Origin: Auanema rhodensis
Taxonomy: Eukaryota; Animalia; Nematoda
NCBI GenBank assembly: GCA_964057225.1
Contig: OZ059894.1
Coordinates: 744,001-808,000, forward strand
Direction: 5' to 3'
Length of the DNA: 64,000 nt
Positions 26,044-40,987 of this stretch are shown piece after piece. How positions within the stretch are numbered: position 1 is the stretch's first letter; every line of letters starts with the position of its first letter. A program made the position numbers and the translations under genes. Below the pieces are notes generated by a model. That model worked only from the letters and a program-made list of their open reading frames with translations. It was not told the DNA's origin and made no database searches.

Positions 26044-29000
26044 CATGGTTACCATGCACCAATATCAATAAAAATTTGTTTTTAGACTAATATGGACATG
26101 GGGAATCTAATTTTGAAAACCGCATCTCTTTATCTTTCACGTGAAGCGAGTTACATACCAAGTGCACATCACGTGTACATTTAATTAGCATAAATTAAAG
26201 TTCACGTAAATTTCAAAGTCATGGTTACCATGCACCAATATCAATAAAAATTTGTTTTTAGACTAATATGGACATGGGGAATCTAATTTTAAAAACCGCA
26301 TCTCTTTATCTTTCACGTGAAGCGAGTTACATACCAAGTGCACATCACGTGTACATTTAATTAGCATAAATTAAAGTTCACGTAAATTTCAAAGTCATGG
26401 TTACCATGCACCAATATCAATAAAAATTTGTTTTTAGACTAATATGGACATGGGGAATCTAATTTTGAAAACCGCATCTCTTTATCTTTCACGTGAAGCG
26501 AGTTACATACCAAGTGCACATCACGTGTACATTTAATTAGCATAAATTAAAGTTCACGTAAATTTCAAAGTCATGGTTACCATGCACCAATATCAATAAA
26601 AATTTGTTTTTAGACTAATATGGACATGGGGAATCTAATTTTGAAAACCGCATCTCTTTATCTTTCACGTGAAGCGAGTTACATACCAAGTGCACATCAC
26701 GTGTACATTTAATTAGCATAAATTAAAGTTCACGTGAATTTCAAAGTCATGGTTACCATGCACCGATATCAATAAAAATTTGTTTTTAGACTAATATGGA
26801 CATGGAGAATCTAATTTTGAAAACCGCATCTCTTTATCTTTCACGTGAAGCGAGTTATATACCAAGTGCACATCACGTGTACATTTAATTAGCATAAATT
26901 AAAGTTCACGTAAATTTCAAAGTCATGGTTACCATGCACCAATATCAATAAAAATTTGTTTTTAGACTAATATGGACATGGGGAATCTAATTTTGAAAAC
27001 CGCATCTCTTTATCTTTCACGTGAAGCGAGTTATATACCAAGTGCACATCACGTGTACATTTAATTAGCATAAATTAAAGTTCACGTAAATTTCAAAGTC
27101 ATGGTTACCATGCACCAATATCAATAAAAATTTGTTTTTAGACTAATATGGACATGGGGAATCTAATTTTGAAAACCGCATCTCTTTATCTTTCACGTGA
27201 AGCGAGTTACATACCAAGTGCACATCACGTGTACATTTAATTAGCATAAATTAAAGTTCACGTAAATTTCAAAGTCATGGTTACCATGCACCAATATCAA
27301 TAAAAATTTGTTTTTAGACTAATATGGACATGGGGAATCTAATTTTGAAAACCGCATCTCTTTATCTTTCACGTGAAGCAAGTTACATACCAAGTGCACA
27401 TCACGTGTACATTTAATTAGCATAAATTTAAGTTCACGTAAATTTCAAAGTCATGGTTACCATGCACCAATATCAATAAAAATTTGTTTTTAGACTAATA
27501 TGGACATGGGGAATCTAATTTTGAAAACCGCATCTCTTTATCTTTCACGTGAAGCAAGTTACATACCAAGTGCACATCACGTGTACATTTAATTAGCATA
27601 AATTTAAGTTCACGTAAATTTCAAAGTCATGGTTACCATGAACCAATATCAATAAAAATTTGTTTTTAGACTAATATGGACATGGGGAATCTAATTTTGA
27701 AAACCGGTTCTCTTTATCTTTCACGTGAAGCGAGTTACATACCAAGTGCACATCACGTGTACATTTAATTAGCATAAATTAAAGTTCACGTGAATTTCAA
27801 AGCCATGGTTACCATGCACCAATATCAATAAAAATTTGTTTTTAGACTAATATGGACATGGGGAATCTAATTTTGAAAACCGCATCTCTTTATCTTTCAC
27901 GTGAAGCGAGTTACATACCAAGTGCACATCACGTGTACATTTAATTAGCATAAATTAAAGTTCACGTGAATTTCAAAGTCATGGTTACCATGCACCAATA
28001 TCAATAAAAATTTGTTTTTAGACTAATATGGACATGGGGAATCTAATTTTGAAAACCGCATCTCTTTATCTTTCACGTGAAGCGAGTTACATACCAAGTG
28101 CACATCACGTGTACATTTAATTAGCATAAATTTAAGTTCACGTAAATTTCAAAGTCATGGTTACCATGAACCAATATCAATAAAAATTTGTTTTTAGACT
28201 AATATGGACATGGGGAATCTAATTTTGAAAACCGCATCTCTTTATCTTTCACGTGAAGCGAGTTACATACCAAGTGCACATCACGTGTACATTTAATTAG
28301 CATAAATTAAAGTTCACGTGAATTTCAAAGTCATGGTTACCATGCACCAATATCAATAAAAATTTGTTTTTAGACTAATATGGACATGGGGAATCTAATT
28401 TTGAAAACCGCATCTCTTTATCTTTCACGTGAAGCGAGTTACATACCAAGTGCACATCACGTGTACATTTAATTAGCATAAATTAAAGTTCACGTAAATT
28501 TCAAAGTCATGGTTACCATGCACCAATATCAATAAAAATTTGTTTTTAGACTAATATGGACATGGGGAATCTAATTTTGAAAACCGCATCTCTTTATCTT
28601 TCACGTGAAGCGAGTTACATACCAAGTGCACATCACGTGTACATTTAATTAGCATAAATTAAAGTTCACGTAAATTTCAAAGTCATGGTTACCATGCACC
28701 AATATCAATAAAAATTTGTTTTTAGACTAATATGAACATGGGGAATCTAATTTTGAAAACCGCATCTCTTTATCTTTCACGTGAAGCGAGTTACATACCA
28801 AGTGCACATCACGTGTACATTTAATTAGCATAAATTAAAGTTCACGTAAATTTCAAAGTCATGGTTACCATGCACCAATATCAATAAAAATTTGTTTTTA
28901 GACTAATATGGACATGGGGAATCTAATTTTAAAAACCGCATCTCTTTATCTTTCACGTGAAGCGAGTTACAGACCAAGTGCACATCACGTGTACATTTAA

Positions 29001-29387
29001 TTAGCATAAATTAAAGTTCACGTGAATTTCAAAGTCATGGTTACCATGCACCAATATCAATAAAAATTTGTTTTTAGACTAATATGGACATGGAGAATCT
29101 AATTTTGAAAACCGCATCTCTTTATCTTTCACGTGAAGCGAGTTACATACCAAGTGCACATCACGTGTACATTTAATTAGCATAAATTAAAGTTCACGTG
29201 AATTTCAAAGTCATGGTTACCATGCACCAATATCAATAAAAATTTGTTTTTAGACTAATATGGACATGGAGAATCTAATTTTGAAAACCGCATCTCTTTA
29301 TCTTTCACGTGAAGCGAGTTACATACCAAGTGCACATCACGTGTACATTTAATTAGCATAAATTAAAGTTCACGTAAATTTCAAAGT

Positions 29388-32300
29388 CATGGATACCATG
29401 AAGCAATATCAATAAAAATTTGTTTTTAGACTAATATGGACATGGGGAATCTAATTTTGAAAACCGCATGTCTTCATCTTTCACGTGAAGCGAGTTACAT
29501 ACCAAGTGCACATCACGTGTACATTTAATTAGCATAAATTAAAGTTCACGTAAATTTCAAAGTCATGGTTACCATGCACCAATATCAATAAAAATTCGTT
29601 TTTAGACTAATATGGACATGGGGAATCTAATTTTAAAACCGCATCTTTTTATCTTTCACGTGAAGCGAGTTACATACCAAGTGCACATCACGTGTACATT
29701 TAATTAGCATAAATTAAAGTTCACGTAAATTTCAAAGTCATGGTTACCATGAACCAATATCAATAAAAATTTGTTTTTAGACTAATATGGACATGGGGAA
29801 TCTAATTTTGAAAACCGCATCTCTTTATCTTTCACTTGAAGCGAGTTACATACCAAGTGCACATCACGTGTACATTTAATTAGCATAAATTAAAGTTCAC
29901 GTAAATTTCAAAGTCATGGTTACCATGAAGCAATATCAATAAAAATTTGTTTTTAGACTAATATGGACATGGGGAATCTAATTTTGAAAACCGCATGTCT
30001 TCATCTTTCACGTGAAGCGAGTTACATACCAAGTGCACATCACGTGTACATTTAATTAGCATAAATTAAAGTTCACGTAAATTTCAAAGTCATGGTTACC
30101 ATGCACCAATATCAATAAAAATTTGTTTTTAGACTAATATGGACATGGGGAATCTAATTTTGAAAACCGCATCTCTTTATCTTTCACGTGAAGCGAGTTA
30201 CATACCAAGTGCACATCACGTGTACATTTAATTAGCATAAATTAAAGTTCACGTAAATTTCAAAGTCATGGTTACCATGCACCAATATCAATAAAAATTT
30301 GTTTTTAGACTAATATGGACATGGGGAATCTAATTTTGAAAACCGCATCTCTTTATCGTTCACGTGAAGCGAGTTACATACCAAGGGCACATCACGTGTA
30401 CATTTAATTAGCATAAATTAAAGTTCACGTAAATTTCAAAGTCATGGTTACCATGCACCAATATCAATAAAAATTTGTTTTTAGACTAATATGGACATGG
30501 GGAATCTAATTTTGAAACCGCATCTCTTTATCTTTCACGTGAAACGAGTTACATACCAAGTGCTCATCACGTGTACATTTAATTAGCATAAATTAAAGTT
30601 CACGTAAATTTCAAAGTCATGGTTACCATGAACCAATATCAATAAAAATTTGTTTTTAGACTAATATGGACATGGGGAATCTAATTTTGAAAACCGCATC
30701 TCTTTATCTTTCACGTGAAGCGAGTTACATACCAAGGGCACATCACGTGTACATTTAATTAGCATAAATTAAAGTTCACGTAAATTTCAAAGTCATGGTT
30801 ACCATGCACCAATATCAATAAAAATTCGTTTTTAGACTAATATGGACATGGGGAATCTAATTTTAAAACCGCATCTTTTTATCTTTCACGTGAAGCGAGT
30901 TACATACCAAGTGCACATCACGTGTACATTTAATTAGCATAAATTAAAGTTCACGTAAATTTCAAAGTCATGGTTACCATGAACCAATATCAATAAAAAT
31001 TTGTTTTTAGACTAATATGGACATGGGGAATCTAATTTTGAAAACCGCATCTCTTTATCTTTCACTTGAAGCGAGTTACATACCAAGTGCACATCACGTG
31101 TACATTTAATTAGCATAAATTAAAGTTCACGTAAATTTCAAAGTCATGGTTACCATGAAGCAATATCAATAAAAATTTGTTTTTAGACTAATATGGACAT
31201 GGGGAATCTAATTTTGAAAACCGCATCTCTTTATCTTTCACTTGAAGCGAGTTACATACCAAGTGCACATCACGTGTACATTTAATTAGCATAAATTAAA
31301 GTTCACGTAAATTTCAAAGTCATGGTTACCATGAACCAATATCAATAAAAATTTGTTTTTAGACTAATATGGACATGGGGAATCCAATTTTGAAAACCGC
31401 ATCTCTTTATCTTTCACGTGAAGCGAGTTACATACCAAGTGCACATCACGTGTACATTTAATTAGCATAAATTAAAGTTCACGTAAATTTCAAAGTCATG
31501 GTTACCATGAACCAATATCAATAAAAATTTGTTTTTAGACTAATATGGACATGGGGAATCTAATTTTGAAAACCGCATCTCTTTATCTTTCACGTGAAAC
31601 GAGTTACATACCAAGTGCTCATCACGTGTACATTTAATTAGCATAAATTAAAGTTCACGTAAATTTCAAAGTCATGGTTACCATGAACCAATATCAATAA
31701 AAATTTGTTTTTAGACTAATATGGACATGGGGAATCTAATTTTGAAAACCGCATCTCTTTATCTTTCACGTGAAGCGAGTTACATACCAAGGGCACATCA
31801 CGTGTACATTTAATTAGCATAAATTAAAGTTCACGTAAATTTCAAAGTCATGGTTACCATGCACCAATATCAATAAAAATTCGTTTTTAGACTAATATGG
31901 ACATGGGGAATCTAATTTTAAAACCGCATCTTTTTATCTTTCACGTGAAGCGAGTTACATACCAAGTGCACATCACGTGTACATTTAATTAGCATAAATT
32001 AAAGTTCACGTAAATTTCAAAGTCATGGTTACCATGCACTAATATCAATAAAAATTTGTTTTTAGACTAATATGGACATGGGGAATCTAATTTTGAAAAC
32101 CGCATCTCTTTATCTTTCACGTGAAGCGAGTTACATACCAAGTGCACATCACGTGTACATTTAATTAGCATAAATTAAAGTTCACGTAAATTTCAAAGTC
32201 ATGGTTACCATGCACCAATATCAATAAAAATTTGTTTTTAGACTAATATGGACATGGGGAATCTAATTTTGAAACCGCATCTCTTTATCTTTCACGTGAA

Positions 32301-35300
32301 ACGAGTTACATACCAAGTGCTCATCACGTGTACATTTAATTAGCATAAATTAAAGTTCACGTAAATTTCAAAGTCATGGTTACCATGAACCAATATCAAT
32401 AAAAATTTGTTTTTGGACTAATATGGACATGGGGAATCTAATTTTGAAAACCGCATCTCTTTATCTTTCACGTGAAGCGAGTTACATACCAAGGGCACAT
32501 CACGTGTACATTTAATTAGCATAAATTAAAGTTCACGTAAATTTCAAAGTCATGGTTACCATGCACCAATATCAATAAAAATTCGTTTTTAGACTAATAT
32601 GGACATGGGGAATCTAATTTTAAAACCGCATCTTTTTATCTTTCACGTGAAGCGAGTTACATACCAAGTGCACATCACGTGTACATTTAATTAGCATAAA
32701 TTAAAGTTCACGTAAATTTCAAAGTCATGGTTACCATGAACCAATATCAATAAAAATTTGTTTTTAGACTAATATGGACATGGGGAATCTAATTTTGAAA
32801 ACCGCATCTCTTTATCTTTCACTTGAAGCGAGTTACATACCAAGTGCACATCACGTGTACATTTAATTAGCATAAATTAAAGTTCACGTAAATTTCAAAG
32901 TCATGGTTACCATGAAGCAATATCAATAAAAATTTGTTTTTAGACTAATATGGACATGGGGAATCTAATTTTGAAAACCGCATCTCTTTATCTTTCACTT
33001 GAAGCGAGTTACATACCAAGTGCACATCACGTGTACATTTAATTAGCATAAATTAAAGTTCACGTAAATTTCAAAGTCATGGTTACCATGAACCAATATC
33101 AATAAAAATTTGTTTTTAGACTAATATGGACATGGGGAATCCAATTTTGAAAACCGCATCTCTTTATCTTTCACGTGAAGCGAGTTACATACCAAGTGCA
33201 CATCACGTGTACATTTAATTAGCATAAATTAAAGTTCACGTAAATTTCAAAGTCATGGTTACCATGAACCAATATCAATAAAAATTTGTTTTTAGACTAA
33301 TATGGACATGGGGAATCTAATTTTGAAAACCGCATCTCTTTATCTTTCACGTGAAACGAGTTACATACCAAGTGCTCATCACGTGTACATTTAATTAGCA
33401 TAAATTAAAGTTCACGTAAATTTCAAAGTCATGGTTACCATGAACCAATATCAATAAAAATTTGTTTTTAGACTAATATGGACATGGGGAATCTAATTTT
33501 GAAAACCGCATCTCTTTATCTTTCACGTGAAGCGAGTTACATACCAAGGGCACATCACGTGTACATTTAATTAGCATAAATTAAAGTTCACGTAAATTTC
33601 AAAGTCATGGTTACCATGCACCAATATCAATAAAAATTCGTTTTTAGACTAATATGGACATGGGGAATCTAATTTTAAAACCGCATCTTTTTATCTTTCA
33701 CGTGAAGCGAGTTACATACCAAGTGCACATCACGTGTACATTTAATTAGCATAAATTAAAGTTCACGTAAATTTCAAAGTCATGGTTACCATGCACTAAT
33801 ATCAATAAAAATTTGTTTTTAGACTAATATGGACATGGGGAATCTAATTTTGAAAACCGCATCTCTTTATCTTTCACGTGAAGCGAGTTACATACCAAGT
33901 GCACATCACGTGTACATTTAATTAGCATAAATTAAAGTTCACGTAAATTTCAAAGTCATGGTTACCATGAACCAATATCAATAAAAATTTGTTTTTAGAC
34001 TAATATGGACATGGGGAATCCCATTTTGAAAACCGCATCTCTTTATCTTTCACGTGAAGCGAGTTACATACCAAGTGCACATCACGTGTACATTTAATTA
34101 GCATAAATTAAAGTTCACGTAAATTTCAAAGTCATGGTTACCATGAACCAATATCAATAACAATTTGTTTTTAGACTAATATGGACATGGGGAATCTAAT
34201 TTTGAAAACCGCATCTCTTTATCTTTCACGTGAAACGAGTTACATACCAAGTGCTCATCACGTGTACATTTAATTAGCATAAATTAAAGTTCACGTAAAT
34301 TTCAAAGTCATGGTTACCATGAACCAATATCAATAAAAATTTGTTTTTAGACTAATATGGACATGGGGAATCTAATTTTGAAAACCGCATCTCTTTATCT
34401 TTCACGTGAAGCGAGTTACATACCAAGGGCACATCACGTGTACATTTAATTAGCATAAATTAAAGTTCACGTAAATTTCAAAGTCATGGTTACCATGCAC
34501 CAATATCAATAAAAATTCGTTTTTAGACTAATATGGACATGGGGAATCTAATTTTAAAACCGCATCTTTTTATCTTTCACGTGAAGCGAGTTACATACCA
34601 AGTGCACATCACGTGTACATTTAATTAGCATAAATTAAAGTTCACGTAAATTTCAAAGTCATGGTTACCATGAACCAATATCAATAAAAATTTGTTTTTA
34701 GACTAATATGGACATGGGGAATCTAATTTTGAAAACCGCATCTCTTTATCTTTCACTTGAAGCGAGTTACATACCAAGTGCACATCACGTGTACATTTAA
34801 TTAGCATAAATTAAAGTTCACGTAAATTTCAAAGTCATGGTTACCATGAAGCAATATCAATAAAAATTTGTTTTTAGACTAATATGGACATGGGGAATCT
34901 AATTTTGAAAACCGCATGTCTTCATCTTTCACGTGAAGCGAGTTACATACCAAGTGCACATCACGTGTACATTTAATTAGCATAAATTAAAGTTCACGTA
35001 AATTTCAAAGTCATGGTTACCATGAACCAATATCAATAAAAATTTGTTTTTAGACTAATATGGACATGGGGAATCTAATTTTGAAAACCGCATCTCTTTA
35101 TCTTTCACGTGAAACGAGTTACATACCAAGTGCTCATCACGTGTACATTTAATTAGCATAAATTAAAGTTCACGTAAATTTCAAAGTCATGGTTACCATG
35201 AACCAATATCAATAAAAATTTGTTTTTAGACTAATATGGACATGGGGAATCTAATTTTGAAAACCGCATCTCTTTATCTTTCACGTGAAGCGAGTTACAT

Positions 35301-38300
35301 ACCAAGGGCACATCACGTGTACATTTAATTAGCATAAATTAAAGTTCACGTAAATTTCAAAGTCATGGTTACCATGCACCAATATCAATAAAAATTCGTT
35401 TTTAGACTAATATGGACATGGGGAATCTAATTTTAAAACCGCATCTTTTTATCTTTCACGTGAAGCGAGTTACATACCAAGTGCACATCACGTGTACATT
35501 TAATTAGCATAAATTAAAGTTCACGTAAATTTCAAAGTCATGGTTACCATGCACTAATATCAATAAAAATTTGTTTTTAGACTAATATGGACATGGGGAA
35601 TCTAATTTTGAAAACCGCATCTCTTTATCTTTCACGTGAAGCGAGTTACATACCAAGTGCACATCACGTGTACATTTAATTAGCATAAATTAAAGTTCAC
35701 GTAAATTTCAAAGTCATGGTTACCATGAACCAATATCAATAAAAATTTGTTTTTAGACTAATATGGACATGGGGAATCCAATTTTGAAAACCGCATCTCT
35801 TTATCTTTCACGTGAAGCGAGTTACATACCAAGTGCACATCACGTGTACATTTAATTAGCATAAATTAAAGTTCACGTAAATTTCAAAGTCATGGTTACC
35901 ATGAACCAATATCAATAACAATTTGTTTTTAGACTAATATGGACATGGGGAATCTAATTTTGAAAACCGCATCTCTTTATCTTTCACGTGAAACGAGTTA
36001 CATACCAAGTGCTCATCACGTGTACATTTAATTAGCATAAATTAAAGTTCACGTAAATTTCAAAGTCATGGTTACCATGAACCAATATCAATAAAAATTT
36101 GTTTTTAGACTAATATGGACATGGGGAATCTAATTTTGAAAACCGCATCTCTTTATCTTTCACGTGAAGCGAGTTACATACCAAGGGCACATCACGTGTA
36201 CATTTAATTAGCATAAATTAAAGTTCACGTAAATTTCAAAGTCATGGTTACCATGCACCAATATCAATAAAAATTCGTTTTTAGACTAATATGGACATGG
36301 GGAATCTAATTTTAAAACCGCATCTTTTTATCTTTCACGTGAAGCGAGTTACATACCAAGTGCACATCACGTGTACATTTAATTAGCATAAATTAAAGTT
36401 CACGTAAATTTCAAAGTCATGGTTACCATGAACCAATATCAATAAAAATTTGTTTTTAGACTAATATGGACATGGGGAATCTAATTTTGAAAACCGCATC
36501 TCTTTATCTTTCACTTGAAGCGAGTTACATACCAAGTGCACATCACGTGTACATTTAATTAGCATAAATTAAAGTTCACGTAAATTTCAAAGTCATGGTT
36601 ACCATGAAGCAATATCAATAAAAATTTGTTTTTAGACTAATATGGACATGGGGAATCTAATTTTGAAAACCGCATGTCTTCATCTTTCACGTGAAGCGAG
36701 TTACATACCAAGTGCACATCACGTGTACATTTAATTAGCATAAATTAAAGTTCACGTAAATTTCAAAGTCATGGTTACCATGCACCAATATCAATAAAAA
36801 TTTGTTTTTAGACTAATATGGACATGGGGAATCTAATTTTGAAAACCGCATCTCTTTATCTTTCACGTGAAGCGAGTTACATACCAAGTGCACATCACGT
36901 GTACATTTAATTAGCATAAATTAAAGTTCACGTAAATTTCAAAGTCATGGTTACCATGCACCAATATCAATAAAAATTTGTTTTTAGACTAATATGGACA
37001 TGGGGAATCTAATTTTGAAAACCGCATCTCTTTATCTTTCACGTGAAGCGAGTTACATACCAAGTGCACATCACGTGTACATTTAATTAGCATAAATTAA
37101 AGTTCACGTAAATTTCAAAGTCATGGTTACCATGCACCAATATCAATAAAAATTTGTTTTTAGACTAATATGGACATGGGGAATCTAATTTTGAAAACCG
37201 CATCTCTTTATCGTTCACGTGAAGCGAGTTACATACCAAGGGCACATCACGTGTACATTTAATTAGCATAAATTAAAGTTCACGTAAATTTCAAAGTCAT
37301 GGTTACCATGCACCAATATCAATAAAAATTTGTTTTTAGACTAATATGGACATGGGGAATCTAATTTTGAAACCGCATCTCTTTATCTTTCACGTGAAAC
37401 GAGTTACATACCAAGTGCTCATCACGTGTACATTTAATTAGCATAAATTAAAGTTCACGTAAATTTCAAAGTCATGGTTACCATGAACCAATATCAATAA
37501 AAATTTGTTTTTAGACTAATATGGACATGGGGAATCTAATTTTGAAAACCGCATCTCTTTATCTTTCACGTGAAGCGAGTTACATACCAAGGGCACATCA
37601 CGTGTACATTTAATTAGCATAAATTAAAGTTCACGTAAATTTCAAAGTCATGGTTACCATGCACCAATATCAATAAAAATTCGTTTTTAGACTAATATGG
37701 ACATGGGGAATCTAATTTTAAAACCGCATCTTTTTATCTTTCACGTGAAGCGAGTTACATACCAAGTGCACATCACGTGTACATTTAATTAGCATAAATT
37801 AAAGTTCACGTAAATTTCAAAGTCATGGTTACCATGAACCAATATCAATAAAAATTTGTTTTTAGACTAATATGGACATGGGGAATCTAATTTTGAAAAC
37901 CGCATCTCTTTATCTTTCACTTGAAGCGAGTTACATACCAAGTGCACATCACGTGTACATTTAATTAGCATAAATTAAAGTTCACGTAAATTTCAAAGTC
38001 ATGGTTACCATGAAGCAATATCAATAAAAATTTGTTTTTAGACTAATATGGACATGGGGAATCTAATTTTGAAAACCGCATGTCTTCATCTTTCACGTGA
38101 AGCGAGTTACATACCAAGTGCACATCACGTGTACATTTAATTAGCATAAATTAAAGTTCACGTAAATTTCAAAGTCATGGTTACCATGCACCAATATCAA
38201 TAAAAATTTGTTTTTAGACTAATATGGACATGGGGAATCTAATTTTGAAAACCGCATCTCTTTATCTTTCACGTGAAGCGAGTTACATACCAAGTGCACA

Positions 38301-40283
38301 TCACGTGTACATTTAATTAGCATAAATTAAAGTTCACGTAAATTTCAAAGTCATGGTTACCATGCACCAATATCAATAAAAATTTGTTTTTAGACTAATA
38401 TGGACATGGGGAATCTAATTTTGAAAACCGCATCTCTTTATCGTTCACGTGAAGCGAGTTACATACCAAGGGCACATCACGTGTACATTTAATTAGCATA
38501 AATTAAAGTTCACGTAAATTTCAAAGTCATGGTTACCATGCACCAATATCAATAAAAATTTGTTTTTAGACTAATATGGACATGGGGAATCTAATTTTGA
38601 AACCGCATCTCTTTATCTTTCACGTGAAACGAGTTACATACCAAGTGCTCATCACGTGTACATTTAATTAGCATAAATTAAAGTTCACGTAAATTTCAAA
38701 GTCATGGTTACCATGAACCAATATCAATAAAAATTTGTTTTTAGACTAATATGGACATGGGGAATCTAATTTTGAAAACCGCATCTCTTTATCTTTCACG
38801 TGAAGCGAGTTACATACCAAGGGCACATCACGTGTACATTTAATTAGCATAAATTAAAGTTCACGTAAATTTCAAAGTCATGGTTACCATGCACCAATAT
38901 CAATAAAAATTCGTTTTTAGACTAATATGGACATGGGGAATCTAATTTTAAAACCGCATCTTTTTATCTTTCACGTGAAGCGAGTTACATACCAAGTGCA
39001 CATCACGTGTACATTTAATTAGCATAAATTAAAGTTCACGTAAATTTCAAAGTCATGGTTACCATGCACCAATATCAATAAAAATTCGTTTTTAGACTAA
39101 TATGGACATGGGGAATCTAATTTTAAAACCGCATCTTTTTATCTTTCACGTGAAGCGAGTTACATACCAAGTGCACATCACGTGTACATTTAATTAGCAT
39201 AAATTAAAGTTCACGTAAATTTCAAAGTCATGGTTACCATGAACCAATATCAATAAAAATTTGTTTTTAGACTAATATGGACATGGGGAATCTAATTTTG
39301 AAAACCGCATCTCTTTATCTTTCACTTGAAGCGAGTTACATACCAAGTGCACATCACGTGTACATTTAATTAGCATAAATTAAAGTTCACGTAAATTTCA
39401 AAGTCATGGTTACCATGAAGCAATATCAATAAAAATTTGTTTTTAGACTAATATGGACATGGGGAATCTAATTTTGAAAACCGCATGTCTTCATCTTTCA
39501 CGTGAAGCGAGTTACATACCAAGTGCACATCACGTGTACATTTAATTAGCATAAATTAAAGTTCACGTAAATTTCAAAGTCATGGTTACCATGCACCAAT
39601 ATCAATAAAAATTTGTTTTTAGACTAATATGGACATGGGGAATCTAATTTTGAAAACCGCATCTCTTTATCTTTCACGTGAAGCGAGCTACATACCAAGT
39701 GCACATCACGTGTACATTTAATTAGCATAAATTAAAGTTCACGTAAATTTCAAAGTCATGGTTACCATGCACCAATATCAATAAAAATTTGTTTTTAGAC
39801 TAATATGGACATGGGGAATCTAATTTTGAAAACCGCATCTCTTTATCGTTCACGTGAAGCGAGTTACATACCAAGGGCACATCACGTGTACATTTAATTA
39901 GCATAAATTAAAGTTCACGTAAATTTCAAAGTCATGGTTACCATGCACCAATATCAATAAAAATTTGTTTTTAGACTAATATGGACATGGGGAATCTAAT
40001 TTTGAAACCGCATCTCTTTATCTTTCACGTGAAACGAGTTACATACCAAGTGCTCATCACGTGTACATTTAATTAGCATAAATTAAAGTTCACGTAAATT
40101 TCAAAGTCATGGTTACCATGAACCAATATCAATAAAAATTTGTTTTTAGACTAATATGGACATGGGGAATCTAATTTTGAAAACCGCATCTCTTTATCTT
40201 TCACGTGAAGCGAGTTACATACCAAGGGCACATCACGTGTACATTTAATTAGCATAAATTAAAGTTCACGTAAATTTCAAAGT
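29388..40283 (+). repeat. Array domain B: HOR domain built on a 7-mer (1230 bp) and a recurrent 3-monomer core
   Basis: Markers AAGGGC (T120G), CACTTG (G98T), GAAACGAG (G103A), ATCGTTC (T92G), CATGTC (C83G) and ATTCG with a 1-bp deletion. The 7-mer occurs at 29564-30793, 37649-38878 and 39054-40283. Confidence 0.9.
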
Positions 40284-40987
40284 CATGGTTACCATGCACC
40301 AATATCAATAAAAATTCGTTTTTAGACTAATATGGACATGGGGAATCTAATTTTGAAAACCGCATCTCTTTATCTTTCACGTGAAGCGAGTTACATACCA
40401 AGTGCACATCACGTGTACATTTAATTAGCATAAATTAAAGTTCACGTAAATTTCAAAGTCATGGTTACCATGCACCAATATCAATAAAAATTTGTTTTTA
40501 GACTAATATGGACATGGGGAATCTAATTTTGAAAACCGCATCTCTTTATCTTTCACGTGAAGCGAGTTACATACCAAGTGCACATCACGTGTACATTCAA
40601 TTAGCATAAATTAAAGTTCACGTAAATTTCAAAGTCATGGTTACCATGCACCAATATCAATAAAAATTTGTTTTTAGACTAATATGGACATGGGGAATCT
40701 AATTTTGAAAACCGCATCTCTTTATCTTTCACGTGAAGCGAGTTACATACCAAGTGCAAATCACGTGTACATTTAATTAGCATAAATTAAAGTTCACGTA
40801 AATTTCAAAGTCTTGGTTACCATGCACCAATATCAATAAAAATTTATTTTTAGACTAATATGGACATGGGGAATCTAATTTTGAAAACCGCATCTCTTTA
40901 TCTTTCACATGAAGCGAGTTACATACCAAGTGCACATCACGTGTACATTTAATAAGAATAAATTAAAGTTCACGTAAATTTCAAAGT

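Larger units (their letters stand above)
1..29387 (+). repeat. Array domain A (heterogeneous; local HORs; markers G105A, G72A, A154T, A8G, T88C)
   Basis: Variants GCAAG, AATTTAAG, GTTGCC and TATATAC recur here and were not seen after ~29 kb. Confidence 0.75.

Noticed and set aside
29595-29611. CENP-B box or UUCG tetraloop at the ATTCG variant
   Set aside because: Lacks the downstream A..CGGG of the CENP-B box (NTTCGNNNNANNCGGGN). The hairpin has a weak all-A/T stem without the C-G closing pair.
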